Shown piece after piece: positions 48,591 to 61,816 of a stretch of DNA of 64,000 bases. A program made the position numbers and the translations under genes. The stretch is taken from the NCBI RefSeq assembly GCF_009914755.1, contig NC_060927.1. One strand, given 5' to 3'. Numbering within the stretch: position 1 is the first letter of the stretch; each line of letters opens with the position of its first letter. The notes below the pieces were generated by a model. The model was given only the letters and a program-made list of their open reading frames with translations, ran no database searches and had not been told where the DNA came from. The stretch is from the human T2T-CHM13v2.0 reference genome, Homo sapiens.

Positions 48591-49949
48591 GGGAGTCAAT
48601 GGGCAATCAGGCTTGAAGCCAGTCCAGCAATCTGGGAAGCTGACCCTGGAAATCAACCTTATATTTACCCCCAGAACCTCAGGAATGTGCGGTCATCGTT
48701 ACCATTTGTTGCTCCCTCTTGGACAGGCAAACACAGAGCCTTGTCTCCAGGGGAGCTGGCTGAGTCCAGGAGGGTATAAATCTCCATAGAGGAATGGCAA
48801 AGGGGGGCTTTTAAGGGAGCGACTGGATCCTTACCCTGGCCAGACATTTCTTTGGCTGAAGGTTGCCTTGGTGGGGCCTCAAAAGCTGGAGAATCTTCAC
48901 CCTCTACCTGATAAAGGCTGCTGCATCTCCAGCTCTGTGAGTAGTAAGTTGGACCCTGGTCTTGATGAAAATCCAAGCATGGGATGGGCAGCCTGCCTTG
49001 GCCATCCAGGCCCTTTGGACCTGGTGACCCATTTGGTGGCAGGAAGTGGAGTCAAGGCACAAAATTACCCATTTAAGAATCGTGTACTATATGGTGGTAG
49101 TAGTTAAAGAAATATAAATTTCGGTACCACCTTCTATTCTTAAAAATAGTTGATTATGGCAGGCAGCAGGTAGGGAAGTTATTGAGGAAACTCAGAGATG
49201 TGTGCATTTGCTCAGAAGATGTGAAAGGCCAAAAAAAAAAAAGCCCCACTGACCCTGGAAGTGGCTATTATCTGACCTGAGTCAAAAGGCACAGTGCAGC
49301 CCCCAGTTCTGGGGCCCTCCCCTCCTCCACAGGACCTGGGTCTGCAATATCCTAAGACATAAAAGACAGCTAGGGTTTCAAAGAGAGTTGAAGACAGAAG
49401 TCAGATTTCAAGCCTTGGAGACTACATTTCTCACTGATTACTATTATTTGTAATAAAGACAAGGGAGAATACAAGTACTTACAAAGATCTTTCCAAGTAT
49501 CCGCTGGTTCCTGCGATGCTAAAATTAATTCAATCATACACCTGTAATTTTCGAGCCATGGGCTTAAGGAAGTCAATCCTTCAGAGAGGAGAGGAAGAAA
49601 TGAACTAACAAAAGCCTTGAATGTGGCTGTGTGCATGTGTATGGCAGTGGAGAGGTGGAGTGTCCCTAATGGGCTTCTTTCATCTCATCTGCACTGCTGT
49701 TAGGATCCCTCCCGTCCCATAAAACTGGGGCTCCAAGCCACACCAAGTCTAGGTTAAACTAGACACCAGAAAATTGCTCTTTAGTCTTTTGTAGTGTCAT
49801 GGTTGGGGCTTTGGAATCACTTGAAAAACTAGGATGAAGGAGCCGATTACTGCTCTGTTGATTACTGGTAAATCTGTTGTCAATTGGCAGTTATTTGTGG
49901 GTCACATACTGGTGACTCAGGTTATTGATGAATGAGTTATTGATGATCA

Positions 49950-50125
49950 GTACTAGCTACCATGGAATGCTGACTGTGTGTTGGGCACCGTGAAGGCATT
50001 TTAAACATTTTATTTCATGTAATCCTTATAGTAGCCATATAGAACTGATATTCATTTCTCCATTACACACAGGTGGAAACCAAGCTCACAAAGCAGCTCT
50101 GTAGTAGAGACAGGATTTAAACTCA
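49950..50125 (-). mobile_element. MIR SINE
   Basis: TGACTGTGTGTTGGGCAC...ATTTCATGTAATCCT...CAGGATTTAAACTCAGG. Confidence 0.7.
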
Positions 50126-50935
50126 GGTGGAACAACCAATTACTCAGAATTTCTGGAGCCCAGGGCAACAGAGAAGGAGATGAGGCTGGACTATGGTTAA
50201 GGAGGAATCATGAAGGATCTTGAGCACCCTTCTAGGGGTCTCAGAGTTTCTCATTCCTGGTTTTTCAGGTTCAGAGAATCTCCTGAGGTGTGCAAGCCCC
50301 AAGGCATGGCAGAAGTCTCTCACTGTTTAGCACCCAGATTCTGGGGCTCCGTCTGTCATAGAGACCCCACCTAGCCAGTGTGGGGTTGGGAACTTACCCT
50401 CTGCCAAGCACACAGACACCCCAGCTTTCATCAGCCTGTCAGAGCTGGCATAGACTTGCCAAGACTTTGTTGAAAACCAACTGCTTTCAATGTAATAAAA
50501 GCCAAAGTCCTGGAGGGGAGAGCTTTTGTATCTTTTTTCATGGAACCATTTGCTGCTGCTCTGTGGATTGTGCTGCAGAGAACTGGTTGCCAAAGGCTTT
50601 TTGGCATTCACTGGACAATGGGCTAACGGGGCTGCGTCACAGCTTCACAGGTGAGGGAGGGGCTAATGGTTCTCATTGTCCTTATGCTCCCATCCCGCCC
50701 CACCTTCCCCACACCACCAATAATTCAAGAAGATGAACAGGTGAGGGGAGAACTGAGCAGCTGTTTCCTCTCCATCAGTAGCAATTCTTCAGTCTCTGGA
50801 GGGCCGCTGCATCACTTGATGCTCAGCAGGCTGGATTACAGGATCCAGATTTCAGGAATGTGGGGCTTACTTCTTGGGAGCTGTCACTCAGCCTTTCTAA
50901 TTCTAGAGCCTCAGTAACTGCCCATTCTAGGTTGT

Positions 50936-51366
50936 TGTATATATTTATTTCTTGGATCCGTTGAAACAAACACAAACTGGTTAGCTTCCACTACAGAAAT
51001 TCATTGGCTCTTGAGCCTGGAAGTCCAAGATCAATGTGTTGTCACATTTAGTTCCTTCTGAGGGCTGTGCAAAAGGATCTGTTCCAGGCCTCTCCCTTAG
51101 CTTCTTATAGCCCCAGACATTCCTTGGCTTGTCAATGGTATTCTCCCTGTGTCTTTATATTGTCTTCCTTCTTTACATTCTGTCCCTTTACATTGTGTCC
51201 AAATCTCCTCTTCTTTTAAGGACACCAGTTATATTGGAATAGGGCCCACCCCAATGACCGTATTTCTACTTAATCACCTGCAAAGACCCTATTTTCAAAT
51301 AACATTACATTCACAGGTACCAGGGAGTTAGGATTTCTTTCAGGGGACACAGTGCAACACATGACA
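50936..51366 (-). mobile_element. MLT1B/C-like MaLR solo LTR
   Basis: CTGGAAGTCCAAGATCAA...TTCCTTCTGAGGGCTGTG...AAGGACACCAGTTATATTGGA...CTGCAAAGACCCTATTTT...CATGACA. Confidence 0.88.
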
Positions 51367-51594
51367 GTTAAGATGCTGCCTTCATGCCTGAATCCGCATG
51401 GGAGGAAGTAGGTATTGGTAGGTGTCACAGCTAATGGAGATACCACCAGGTCATGGGGCTGGCCTTGCCTTCAGTAGGATTTCTTGAGCCCCAGATTAGG
51501 TTCTCAACTAAAGCATCTCTGCAGGGGTGTCATGGAAACTGAGACTCCACCAGCTGATTATTTAATCAGCAATGCCGCCTTCAGAAGTCTTTGG

Positions 51595-51930
51595 ATACTA
51601 ATTGAGCCCTTACTCATGGGCTAGAATTAGTTTATGGGGTTTATATGTATTAACTGATTTAACCCTTATAACTTCCACATGGGGCAGAGACTAGCATGAT
51701 GCCCAACTTACTAAGAGAGCAACTCTCTTGTCTGGAGTCATGGAGCTAGGGAGTGATAGAGCTGGGGGGAAACAAAGGCACTCTGGATCCAGGACCCAAG
51801 CTCTTGATCTTAAATTATTGAAAATGCTAATTTCTAGGCTTTTTCCCTCAGAGTATATCTGAGTTGGGCCCAGGAATCTGAAGTTTAAGAGCACTTTCTG
51901 ATGCAGAAGGTCATTGACCTTTGGGCCCTG
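51595..51930. mobile_element. MIR (minus) followed by a MER5-like fragment
   Basis: ATTAACTGATTTAACCCT...GGAGCTAG; AATGCTAATTTCTAGGCT...GGGCCCAGGAATCTG. Confidence 0.55.
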
Positions 51931-52189
51931 GGACAGCACCAGCACCCTGGTTTTCTTTCTCTGACTGATCTCTCTCTCTCTCTTTCTCTTTGTGCTCCCC
52001 TCTCCTTTAAGAAACTTAGTGATAGATCTCCATCTGCATCCACTCCACTTTCTGCTCCGTACTGCAGCCAGTGAAATCTATTTGAAATGCAAGTTTAGGG
52101 TCATAAGTCTGTCTGTGATGCCGTAGCTCTTAGAATAAAATCTGAATCTATAATATCACCACAAGGGCTTCTGTAAGTCGACCCTGCTT

Positions 52190-52380
52190 ATGCCTGGGTT
52201 CAAGTCTCAGCTCTATCAATGCTCTACAGCCAGTGTTTTTAGCCCTCGGAGCCTCATCTATAAAGGAAGAGTAATGCCATCTTTCCCACAAGGGTGGCAG
52301 AAGGAATGAAATTGGGAAATACACATAAAATGTCCAGTCCCCCCCCGGCCTCAGTAGTGCTCAGTGAACGGTGCACTCAG
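52190..52380 (+). mobile_element. MIR SINE
   Basis: GCCTGGGTTCAAGTCTCAGCTCT...GAGCCTCATCTATAAA...AGTAGTGCTCAGTGAA. Confidence 0.7.
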
Positions 52381-53249
52381 AATTGTCAGGTGTTGTGTGG
52401 CACTAAGCTTTTCAGAGAGCTCTTATTCGTGGGGACCCTGTGAGATCGTCTGATAACTTTACTGCATGGGCCTGGTCACTAGTTTGCACAAGGCTTTTCC
52501 TGCGTGAGGCCTAGTGGAACACACATCTTGGAGACCAGAAGGGGAAGTGTTGGTGGTCCTTCTTCCAGACCTGAAGATGCTCAGTGAGCAGGTGCAGCAC
52601 CCTCCTTGCCCCCTTATAGCCTGGCTAGCTGCTACCTTAATCCAAAATGCACTGAGTTTATCTGTGTTTGTAGACACCGGGGTGGGCTTTATGGGCTGTT
52701 ATCTAATGAGCTGGGGAGCACAGATGAGTATTCCCGCCGCCTGACACAGACCCACATAGGCTGCTCCACTAGGAGGGAGTAGGAATGTGTCATGCTGCGC
52801 AGTGGCTCACCTGGGTGAAGCTGCCGTGTGCTGGCAGACGTGACCCACAGCCACACCATCTGCTCCTTGGATGCTGGCTCATGTGTGGGCTCAAGGTGGA
52901 CAGTCCAGGTTTAAGAATGGTTCTCAGAACGTTGGTACCTTGTCTGTACCATAAAGGGTTAGATCAAAGGTTCTCAGGGAAATTTTTTCCATTTGGACTA
53001 TTTGTGCTTTTTTGAAATTTCAAGAATCCTTCCCCCATGACCAGTGTTCTGTGTGGAGGGTAGAAGAATGCTAGCAGACTGATTCTCTCTCTCTCTCTCT
53101 CTTCCCCACCTCCTTTCTCCAAGGAAATGGTATTTAGACCAGAAGAGGCCCTTTGGAATTATAGTGAGATTTGTGAAGAGTAATTACAGGGATTTAATTT
53201 GCTAATCACTTACTCTTAGAATCTCAAAGCTAGAAGGGCCCTTCCATCA

Positions 53250-53408
53250 TAGTGGTTTTCAAATCTGACTGTGCATCCATGTCACCTGGGGAGCTTAAAA
53301 AGCTACCAATTTCCAGGCCATAAACTCGACCTACTAAATGAGATCCCTGGGGCTGAGAACCAGGAATCTTTGCATCCAACCTGGTGGTGTGCTACCTCAG
53401 AACCATGG
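53250..53408. mobile_element. MER5-family hAT MITE inside a minus-strand MIR3
   Basis: AGTGGTTTTCAAA...CACCTGGGGAGCTTAAAAA...ACCTACTAAAT...CCAGGAATCT...AGAACCA. Confidence 0.75.
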
Positions 53409-53659
53409 GGGCCTTGAAACAGAGGCTTAGATGTTGTGTCCTTAGCGAAATTACATTCGCCCTGTGGTTCCCCAAGGTACACATAGAGCCACAGATACCA
53501 CTCAAATACTCAAACTATGCAAAAACCATTACACATGACATGGTTAATGAACACTGTTATAGTGGCCGAACTGTGCTTAGTCATATACCCATTTGTTCTT
53601 AGTGTTCTTATCTCTAGAAGGTTGACTTAGTCCAAGCAACAACACTGCCTTATGCAGGA

Positions 53660-53870
53660 AAAAGAGCCCAGGTTTTAGAATTGGATGTGGGTCCTGACAC
53701 TGGCTCCACCACACACTAAGTGTTATTTGGATGTGTGACTTTGGGCAAGTCACAGATATCCCTCAGAGCCCCAGTTTTCTCTCCTGAAAATGAGCGCATG
53801 ATCTTGCAGGGTTTCCATGAGATTTGAAAGAGATGGTACTTGTGAAGGGAATGGCATATAATATAATGGT
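53660..53870 (+). mobile_element. MIR SINE
   Basis: TGTGTGACTTTGGGCAAGTCAC...GAGCCCCAGTTTTCTCTCCTGAAAATG. Confidence 0.75.
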
Positions 53871-54305
53871 ACAAGTCTAGGCTCCTCTCCCTCCCCTTCT
53901 CCTATAGGCTGCATGTATCCTTTATAATATTGTTTAAACTAGTCCTTTCCTAGCAGATGTCCTCCTACAATATGCATTTTATCTTAGCCCAGGCTAATTT
54001 GTAAAGTACGCCTAAGTTTAAGATGTTCTAATGTACTTCGTACATATACATCACCTTCCCCTGGTTATGGAATGTGATAGTAATGTATGCCGGCCAGCTT
54101 TGCAAATGAAGGCCAGAGTGGGAATGAAAAGGATTAAAAAACATAAGTGTAGAATAACCTTTATCTGGGTTAAAAAATACAAATAATCTGTATACCCATA
54201 GAATGATTGTATATGCAAAGAGAGGGCTATAAACCATGTTGTTAACAGTAGTTATGCCTGGAAGACACAATTATGAATGATTTTTCCTTTCCTTTTGTTG
54301 TTTAA

Positions 54306-54896
54306 TAGACTTTGTTTTTTTAGAGCTGTTTCAGATTGACATAAAAATTTCAAATGATGGTACAGAGAGTTATCATAAACCCTACTCCCAGTGTACCCTA
54401 TTATTAACATCTTATACTGATGTGGTACATTCGATATAATTAATGAGCTGATATTTATACGTTATTGATAGCTGTAGTCAGCACCTCATTCAGATTTCCT
54501 AACTTTTTACCTAATGTCCTTTTTCTGATCCAGGGCCTCATTCAGGACAGCACATTCCATTTAGCTGTCACGTCTTCTTAGACTCCTGTTGGCAGTGATA
54601 ATTTCTCAGGCCTCCTTGTTTTTGATGACTTTGATAGTTTTGAAGTATACTGGTCAGGTATTTCGAAGAATGCCCCTCAACTGGGACTTGCCTCATGACT
54701 TTTTCATGATTAGATGAGGTTATGGGTTTTGAGGAGGAAGACCACAGTGGTAAGTGCCATTTTCATCACATTATATCAAGGTACTTGACTTACCACTGTC
54801 GACGTTGACCTTGACCACCTGGTTGAGGTAGTGTTTGTTAGATTTCTCCGGCATAAAATTACTCTCCCTGACCCTTTTCTTCCATGTGATACTTTT
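54306..54896 (-). mobile_element. L1MC-type (L1MC4-like) 3' end nested in an older plus-strand L1ME remnant (about 54100-54970)
   Basis: CATTTAGCTGTCACGTCTTCTTAG, TTGATAGTTTTGAAGTATACTGGTCAGGTATTT and GACCTTGACCACCTGGTTGAGGTAGTGTTTG. Confidence 0.85.
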
Positions 54897-55933
54897 ATTT
54901 CCTTTTTATTGCTGCATATTATCTAAGGTCCCTTTTTCCCCCAGTGAGCATAATTACTTGTATAATCAAAGAGAAAGGAGCTCTTTTTATTTTGGAAAAC
55001 ATTGACAGTCTCTTTAGACTTTCATCCTTTCCTTATATTTTGTCTTGGCATGGTTTTCAACACTATTGCACAGTCTTCCTCTAGAAGTCTCAGCTGCGAA
55101 TTTGGCCACTGGCCTTGATTCCTGCTAAGTGTGCCTCTGACCTCGTCCCCATGCTGCCTGCCTTGCAGAGGGTGTATCCGGCAGAGCAACTTCCAATAGT
55201 GTCGATGGTGTCAGAATGAGCAGGCCCATAAATCAGCCAGGGAGGCTGCACCCTCACTGTAAAAGTGAAGGGGACTTTCAGCCGCATTTTCTTCTTGCTG
55301 TTGAAAGTAAACAGGGCATAAATCTTGCTGAAGAAGAAGGTTTCTATCCAGCCACCTGCAAACACCCCAGCAGTTTGGAGGACAGTCGGCTTACACCTTC
55401 TTCCACTCAAAACACAGCACCCAGCTCAGGACCAGGCACACTGTGTTCAAGTATTGCTGGTAGTGGGCCCCCGGGGGCCCCACACCTCCAGTGGCTTTTT
55501 GTCAAAGAAGTTAGTCTGCGATACATTGAAATTAGATAGCTTTTACTACAGTTACAATGTCCTGGCCACATGCAGCAGGCACTGTCCTAAAATTTACTAT
55601 CCTTAGTGAATATATATTTTATATGTGTATATATATAATATTTTTTCAAGAGAAGCAGTCCTCCAGAGTGAGTCTGACAGCAGGTGGTTAATTGCTCTGT
55701 TTTAAAGGGAGCCAGGTGTGGAAGGCAAGGTTCAGTGAGGACATTGTGAGGGCTGGGCACCCTGGGGTAGACAACCTGCTTCACTTATTTAACATCTGAA
55801 AGAGAAGAAAAAGAGTCTTCAGTTATACCTTGTCATACATAGCCTTGTCTTCCTGGCCCAGGTAGCATTCCTTTGTGAAGATGGAAGATTCTTACCAAGT
55901 TGCCCAGCTATGAGTAGTTACTATCTTCTAAAG

Positions 55934-56148
55934 CAGACTCTCTCAACCTCGAACTATTGACATTACGGACTGGGTAATTATTTGTTATCCAGGGACCGTC
56001 CTGTGTATTGCAAGATGTTTAGCAGCACCCCGGCCCCTGCCCACTAGATGACAATAGCACCACTCCCTTAAGTTGTGACACTGAAAAATGTATCCAGATT
56101 GCCAAATGTCCCTTGGGGGACAAAATCGCTCTCACTTGAGAACCACTT
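55934..56148. mobile_element. MER20 hAT-Charlie MITE, full length
   Basis: TCTCAACCTCGAACTATTGACATT...CCCACTAGATG...TGCCAAATGTCCC...TTGAGAACCACT with a perfect 8-bp TSD TTCTAAAG (55926-55933 and 56149-56156). Confidence 0.93.
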
Positions 56149-56335
56149 TTCTAAAGGGATGAGTATCTTTCTAGGTCCTGTACAGTGAAACATATCTGTA
56201 CTTCTTTCATATGCTTTTGTTTCTGCTTGGGGTCTGGAAGATACACTTCCAGCTTGTGTAGGGCAGATGACTTGCTCACCTTTCACTGCAGAGAGCACAA
56301 AGGAAGACTAGGGAGACAGCCCCCTCTCATGTTCC

Positions 56336-56860
56336 TATTCCAGTTATCTATTGCCATGTAACAACGCATAATGAGAGAAAGCAATGATCATTTCTGGATT
56401 TTGTGGACTTTAGAAGAAACACAGCAGGGATGATTTGCCTCTGCTCCTGATGTCTGGGGTCCTCACTAGGAAGACACAAAGGCTAGGGGTAACCTGAAAC
56501 CAGGAACTGGAATTGTCCAAAGCTGTCTCCATGCACAGGCCCAGGAGTTGATACTGGCTGTCATCTGGAACAAAGCTGGGACTGTGGCCAGAACATCTTG
56601 CAGCCTCTGCATGTGGTTTGGGCTTCCACAGAACATGGCAGCCTCAGGGCACTCAGATGCTTACATGGTGTCTCAGGGCCCCAAAGGCTAGTATCACAAG
56701 AGAACCAGGTGGAAACTATGTTGCCTTTTATGGCCAAGGCTTAGATCTCATGTGGCATCATTTCCAATGTGGTCACAAGCCCTCCCAGACGGGAGGAGTA
56801 GTCAAAGTCACATTGTATGAAGAGCACATAGGCAGGGTACGTTTTTGTGGCCATCTTCTC
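56336..56860 (-). mobile_element. MLT1G/H-like MaLR LTR
   Basis: CAGTTATCTATTGCCATGTAACAA...ATGTGGTTTGGGCTTCC...ACATGGCAGCCTCAGGG...TGTGGCCATCTT. Confidence 0.8.
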
Positions 56861-57869
56861 TAGTTTCTTCCCTGACTTTATCTTTCTGTGGAATTTGTTT
56901 CCCATACCTCATCCCATGGGCCATGGCTCTTGGCTCTTATCTCCCAGGCTCACTGCTCTCCTTTCATTCACCACAGAGGCTGCTCCAGAGTGCCCTGAAA
57001 GAGTGAAACGAAAACTACCCCCTAGCTCTGCTAGAAGAGGATGAGGCTGGAGTTTTGTTAGGTACATTCCCTCTGAATATCATCAGTGGCTCTGAGAACC
57101 TTTTAATTCTCAATTCCCTGATCCTAATAATAGCTAACTCTACTATGCCTTAAGAAAGCTCATTTCAAGCCAAACCACAACACTGGTTACCATGAGGTTA
57201 GCTCAACAAAAAATTGTGGTGCTGGTGTACTTGACATAAGATTGCACGTAAGTCTGTACTTTTAAAAGACCATCTTAAAGAGTCAACTTGTATCTTCCAG
57301 GGACTATCAATGCAGTGCATAAACAGAGAGCTTAATAAATGTTTACTGAGGAAGTATTTCTGATCTCAGTGACTGGGCATTTTATTGTACCCAATATTAT
57401 CTATATTAGAAGCTTGTGAGATGTTTCTTAAGCCTGGAAGTTCCAGACAAAATATTATTATAATGAGTTTGACTTTTCTTTCATGTTCATCCAAGTTCTA
57501 GTTACACTGAGTAAGTTTATACGGTTATTCTAACTTGAAAGAGTTTCTAGGCTGTGACCATAGCAAAAATTTTGCTTATGAATGTTTTGATCCAGTGCTG
57601 CAAGTAGTCTTTGTTGCTGATGTATGTGTAGCTCACTGGCCTTGGCAGAGGACTAGCTGGTTTGGTAATTCAACCGTCTTTACCGAGGAGCTGCTGTGTG
57701 CTCAGAACTGTGCTAGGTGCCAGGCACGGATGACTACCCAAAAGAAGGCAGTCCCCGCCCCAAGCCTCAGAGTCATTTTTGCTTCCTTTGGCTCTTTTCT
57801 GTTTGTTCCAGTTGGCTATAATTGGCAGCTTGTTTCTTCTCCAGCGTCCTCTCTTCCTATACCTCACCT

Positions 57870-58269
57870 TACCTGCTATAGTTTCAGTAATGCTACATAA
57901 CAAGCTACCGCAGCGTTCACTGACATACAACAGTAAGCATTTATTTACCCCTCCCATGTGTGTCATCATCTGGAGTTTAGGCTGAGCTCAGTGGAGATTA
58001 GATTCAAGTCTGCTCTACACACAGCTCATTGTGCTGTGCCTGGAGGTTTCCAAGACATGATGCTGTCATGGCAAAATGGAGGAGCACAGAGGACAGGGCT
58101 GACTGCACAAGCACACATTAAGCCTGTGCTCACGTCATGTCCGTGAACATGCCAATGGCCAAAACAAGTTGTATTGCCACTCCAACATCACGTTGCATGC
58201 CAGAGACAACCCCAGGAGGCAGGAGGAGAGTGTGTAAATATTTCCTGAAGAGTAATCTAATCTATCACA
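57870..58269 (-). mobile_element. MLT1I/J-like MaLR LTR
   Basis: ATGCTACATAACAA...CAACAGTAAGCATTTATTT...CCAATGGCCAAAACAAGT...TAATCTAATCTATCACA. Confidence 0.75.
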
Positions 58270-58279
58270 CCCAGTCCCT

Positions 58280-58620
58280 TTTCTATAAGTGCCATGGTCT
58301 TTCTGGCCTCTAGAGTTTTTGTGTGCCATCCCTTTGACCTGAAATACCCTCCCACTGGGGGTCCAACTACCGCACTCTCTGACTAATTTCTACTCATCTT
58401 TTGAGATTCCAGCTAGTGGCCACCTCCCCTGGGGTACCTTCCCTGATGACACACTTAGGTTCCTTGCCTCTCCTGTGGGTCACATAACAGCTTGCACATA
58501 TAAACCTCATCACACTGCATATATTGAATTGACCTGTCTTTATCTCCCCCACCACTCCATGAATGTTGACCCACATCTTATCACCATTATTTCCCCAGCA
58601 TGCAGCACAGTGCTTAGAGG
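58280..58620 (+). mobile_element. L2 3' fragment
   Basis: TTTCTACTCATCTTTTGAGATTCCAGCT...CACCTCCCCTGGG...CCTTCCCTGA...CCCAGCATGCAGCACAGTGC. Confidence 0.7.
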
Positions 58621-59007
58621 TTTTGAAGAGCAAACGCATGCTGTGTTAGTGGTGCTGGGTGAGGGGATTGCGACTTCTCTACACTGATGGCTCTGGAGAA
58701 GCACAGAAAGAAATGGGGCTCTGGCATTTCCAAGTGGGCAGGCCATTTGGAATGAACCATACGAGCCGTCTGGGCACATCTGAGTGTATCCAAAAAATGC
58801 CATCTGCTTTCAGGGCATGTCGAGACTAGGAAATCAGTGTAGACCATGTGGCTTATGTTCTGTTCTGTATGGTGTCATATCCTCATTTGCCCTTTTGCCT
58901 TTTGTTTCCCTCATTTTTCCTTACATGAGGAGTAGGTTTGTTTCTTGCCAGTTTGTTCCCCAAAAGTAGTTTTGGGGGATCCAAGATCCAAGACAGGGTG
59001 GCATTGA

Positions 59008-59543
<536 letters not shown>

Positions 59544-61744
59544 TAATCCACTTCAGACTTCAGCTTCTTCAGAATGGAGCTGGAGATGGGAACGTATATG
59601 TTTGCCGGATGGTACTTTAAAGTCACAGCTGCTCCTAATTTAAAGGAATCCAAAGCCTTTCGCTGTGAATGATCATTCTGAAGGTAACTCAATTATCTGT
59701 ATTTGCTGGTTCAATATGGTACACTTGGATGTCATAGCCCATCGTCTCAGCTTACTGCAACCATGCATGGCTTCCCATGCTGGGTCTCCATCCAGAGAAG
59801 TGAGTGGAGAGATTCAGAAGTCTCTTCCAAATCAATACACAGAATATGAGATATGGCAGGGGGTGGCACAGCCCCAAACCCTGCTGTCTCTTTTTGTGCC
59901 ATTTCTAATTCCCCTAGGCTTGCAAATGTTCAGATGATTCTCTTTATCTGAAAGGTGTGTATTCTATGCCAGTCGAGTGAGCTATAAAATTCATCAGTTA
60001 CCACACTGTTTATTAACATTTATAATTTCATATTTGCCAAGTCCCCTCAGCCACCTTGCATATAATAGCCCAAACAAGTTCTTTTGGGTATTCTCATTTA
60101 GGAAAGGGCTACAGATAGCTAGAATGAGAATGTATGGAGTAGGTACAGCATGTATCTGGCACCCTCATCTTGTTTCTGGTGACCCATACTCTGGTTGTTG
60201 CTCCCTTTCAACCCACTCCGTGTAACTATACCCTGTTCTGAGATCTGACTTCCCATGTTTCCAGATCTTCCAGGCAGTGTTCCCAGCAGTGGGCAAATGC
60301 TTTAAACAGAGTTGTTCAATGAACTTGTGGGATGAAATTATGAGGATTAAGTAAGCAAGTTTAGGAACAAGAGTCAAATATACAGAAACTCTGGACAAAG
60401 TCATTATTGATCCTTATCCAAAATTGGGGCTGAAAACTTACTTTTCAGTCTCTTTTCACAGTCAGCCTCTCCCTTTCCATAGTGACTCTTGGCCAGTGAC
60501 TCATGCATCTCATGGTGCGCCCCTGCAAAAATGAGATAATAACAACCTTGAAGGTGGTTGGGAGGAGTGTGGGAATGGATAAAGAGGGAAGTGTATGTGG
60601 TTCTTGGTAGATGCTCCAGAGTCTGGAATAATGGTTAATATTGGGAACTTGCATCTCCCAATCCACTTACCTTACCTAAACTAGTAGCACAGATTTCCCT
60701 GTAGTAGTGCCTTAGCCTACTGTGCTGTTCTTTACTTCTAATGACTAGATAGTAAATACTGAAAGAATGTCTTTTCTAACTTTTATTTTTCACAACTTTT
60801 CTCTCTGAGGAGGGATTTCAAGGCTGAACTAAAGTTTTGTTTTATTTTCTTTAAAGGGGCCCAGGTTCTGTTTTCTCCTGAGAGTCATACACACATTTTG
60901 AACAGAATTGTTTTTCTTGATGGTTTTCTCAATAAACACCACTGACTGAAACATGGAGTAAAATGTGTTATTTGGCATCTCCTACTAGACCAACAACAAC
61001 AAGAAAATACATTTTGCTATTGAACTTTTCCTTGTTAAACAACAGAGGTTAGGTCATTTCCAGTGACATGGAATCTAAGAGAGGGTTTGGAATCTGAACA
61101 GGTTTGGCAGGACTGCTGAAACTTGAGCCCACTCTGGTTTTGTTTAATGACTGTTAACAAGGAGGTGCTCCAGAGCCCACCATACTGGTGAGCTCCAGAC
61201 ATTTCCAAAAGGCCTAAACCTGGTGTGAACATATTAACTCATCATGATTCTGCTGTTTTCTGAGCAGGCAAATTCAATAAAACACAAACTACAATGTGTT
61301 CTTCTTGTTGAACATGGCAGGAGCTCTGCATAGATAAGGCCTCAGTGGATTATTTCTCTTCTGGAGTCAACAGGGAATGAGCCATCCTAGCAAATATACT
61401 TTCACAATCTCCAGGTAGTACTTGCTTTCCCCTCACTCTCAGGAATTATTGTTAATGGGTCGATTGTGTGTTCTTTTCACATGAATATTCATCAAATCAT
61501 CATAGATCTACTACATATATACTACAGTACCCTATCCTAATTTGCCTTTTCAGGGAAAAATGCATAGAGATGGAATTGTTAAAGAATTTATATGTGGAAT
61601 CTCTACATTGCTTTTAATCAAGAAAGGAAAATAAAGTTTTACCCAATAGACAAGTCCAATCAACTAATGCTGGCAGCCTGGAGAGCTAGGTTGAGAAGGA
61701 TTCTGAGGCTGAAAATTGGCTAAGCAGGAAGGATGCTCTGATGA

Positions 61745-61816
61745 GTTAGCATTGACTATCACTTGGAATGTTATTGATTATCACTTGGAAAGTTAGCATT
61801 GTCTGTCAGTTGGAAA
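61745..61816. repeat. Degenerate tandem triplication of a 22-25 bp unit
   Basis: GTTAGCATTGACTATCACTTGGAAT / GTTATTGATTATCACTTGGAAA / GTTAGCATTGTCTGTCAGTTGGAAA. Confidence 0.9.

Noticed and set aside
55090-55410. 106-aa minus-strand ORF in unique sequence
   Set aside because: No true ATG start, no recognisable family and no convincing splice context; better explained as regulatory DNA
60280-60293. TTCCCAGCAGTGGG, a 14-nt match to the duplicated 82-bp segment
   Set aside because: The match does not extend; isolated 14-mers recur by chance in a window this size
61745-61816. CRISPR-like interpretation of short repeated units (also 36930-36980)
   Set aside because: Units are directly adjacent with no unique spacers, there are no cas genes, and the DNA is primate
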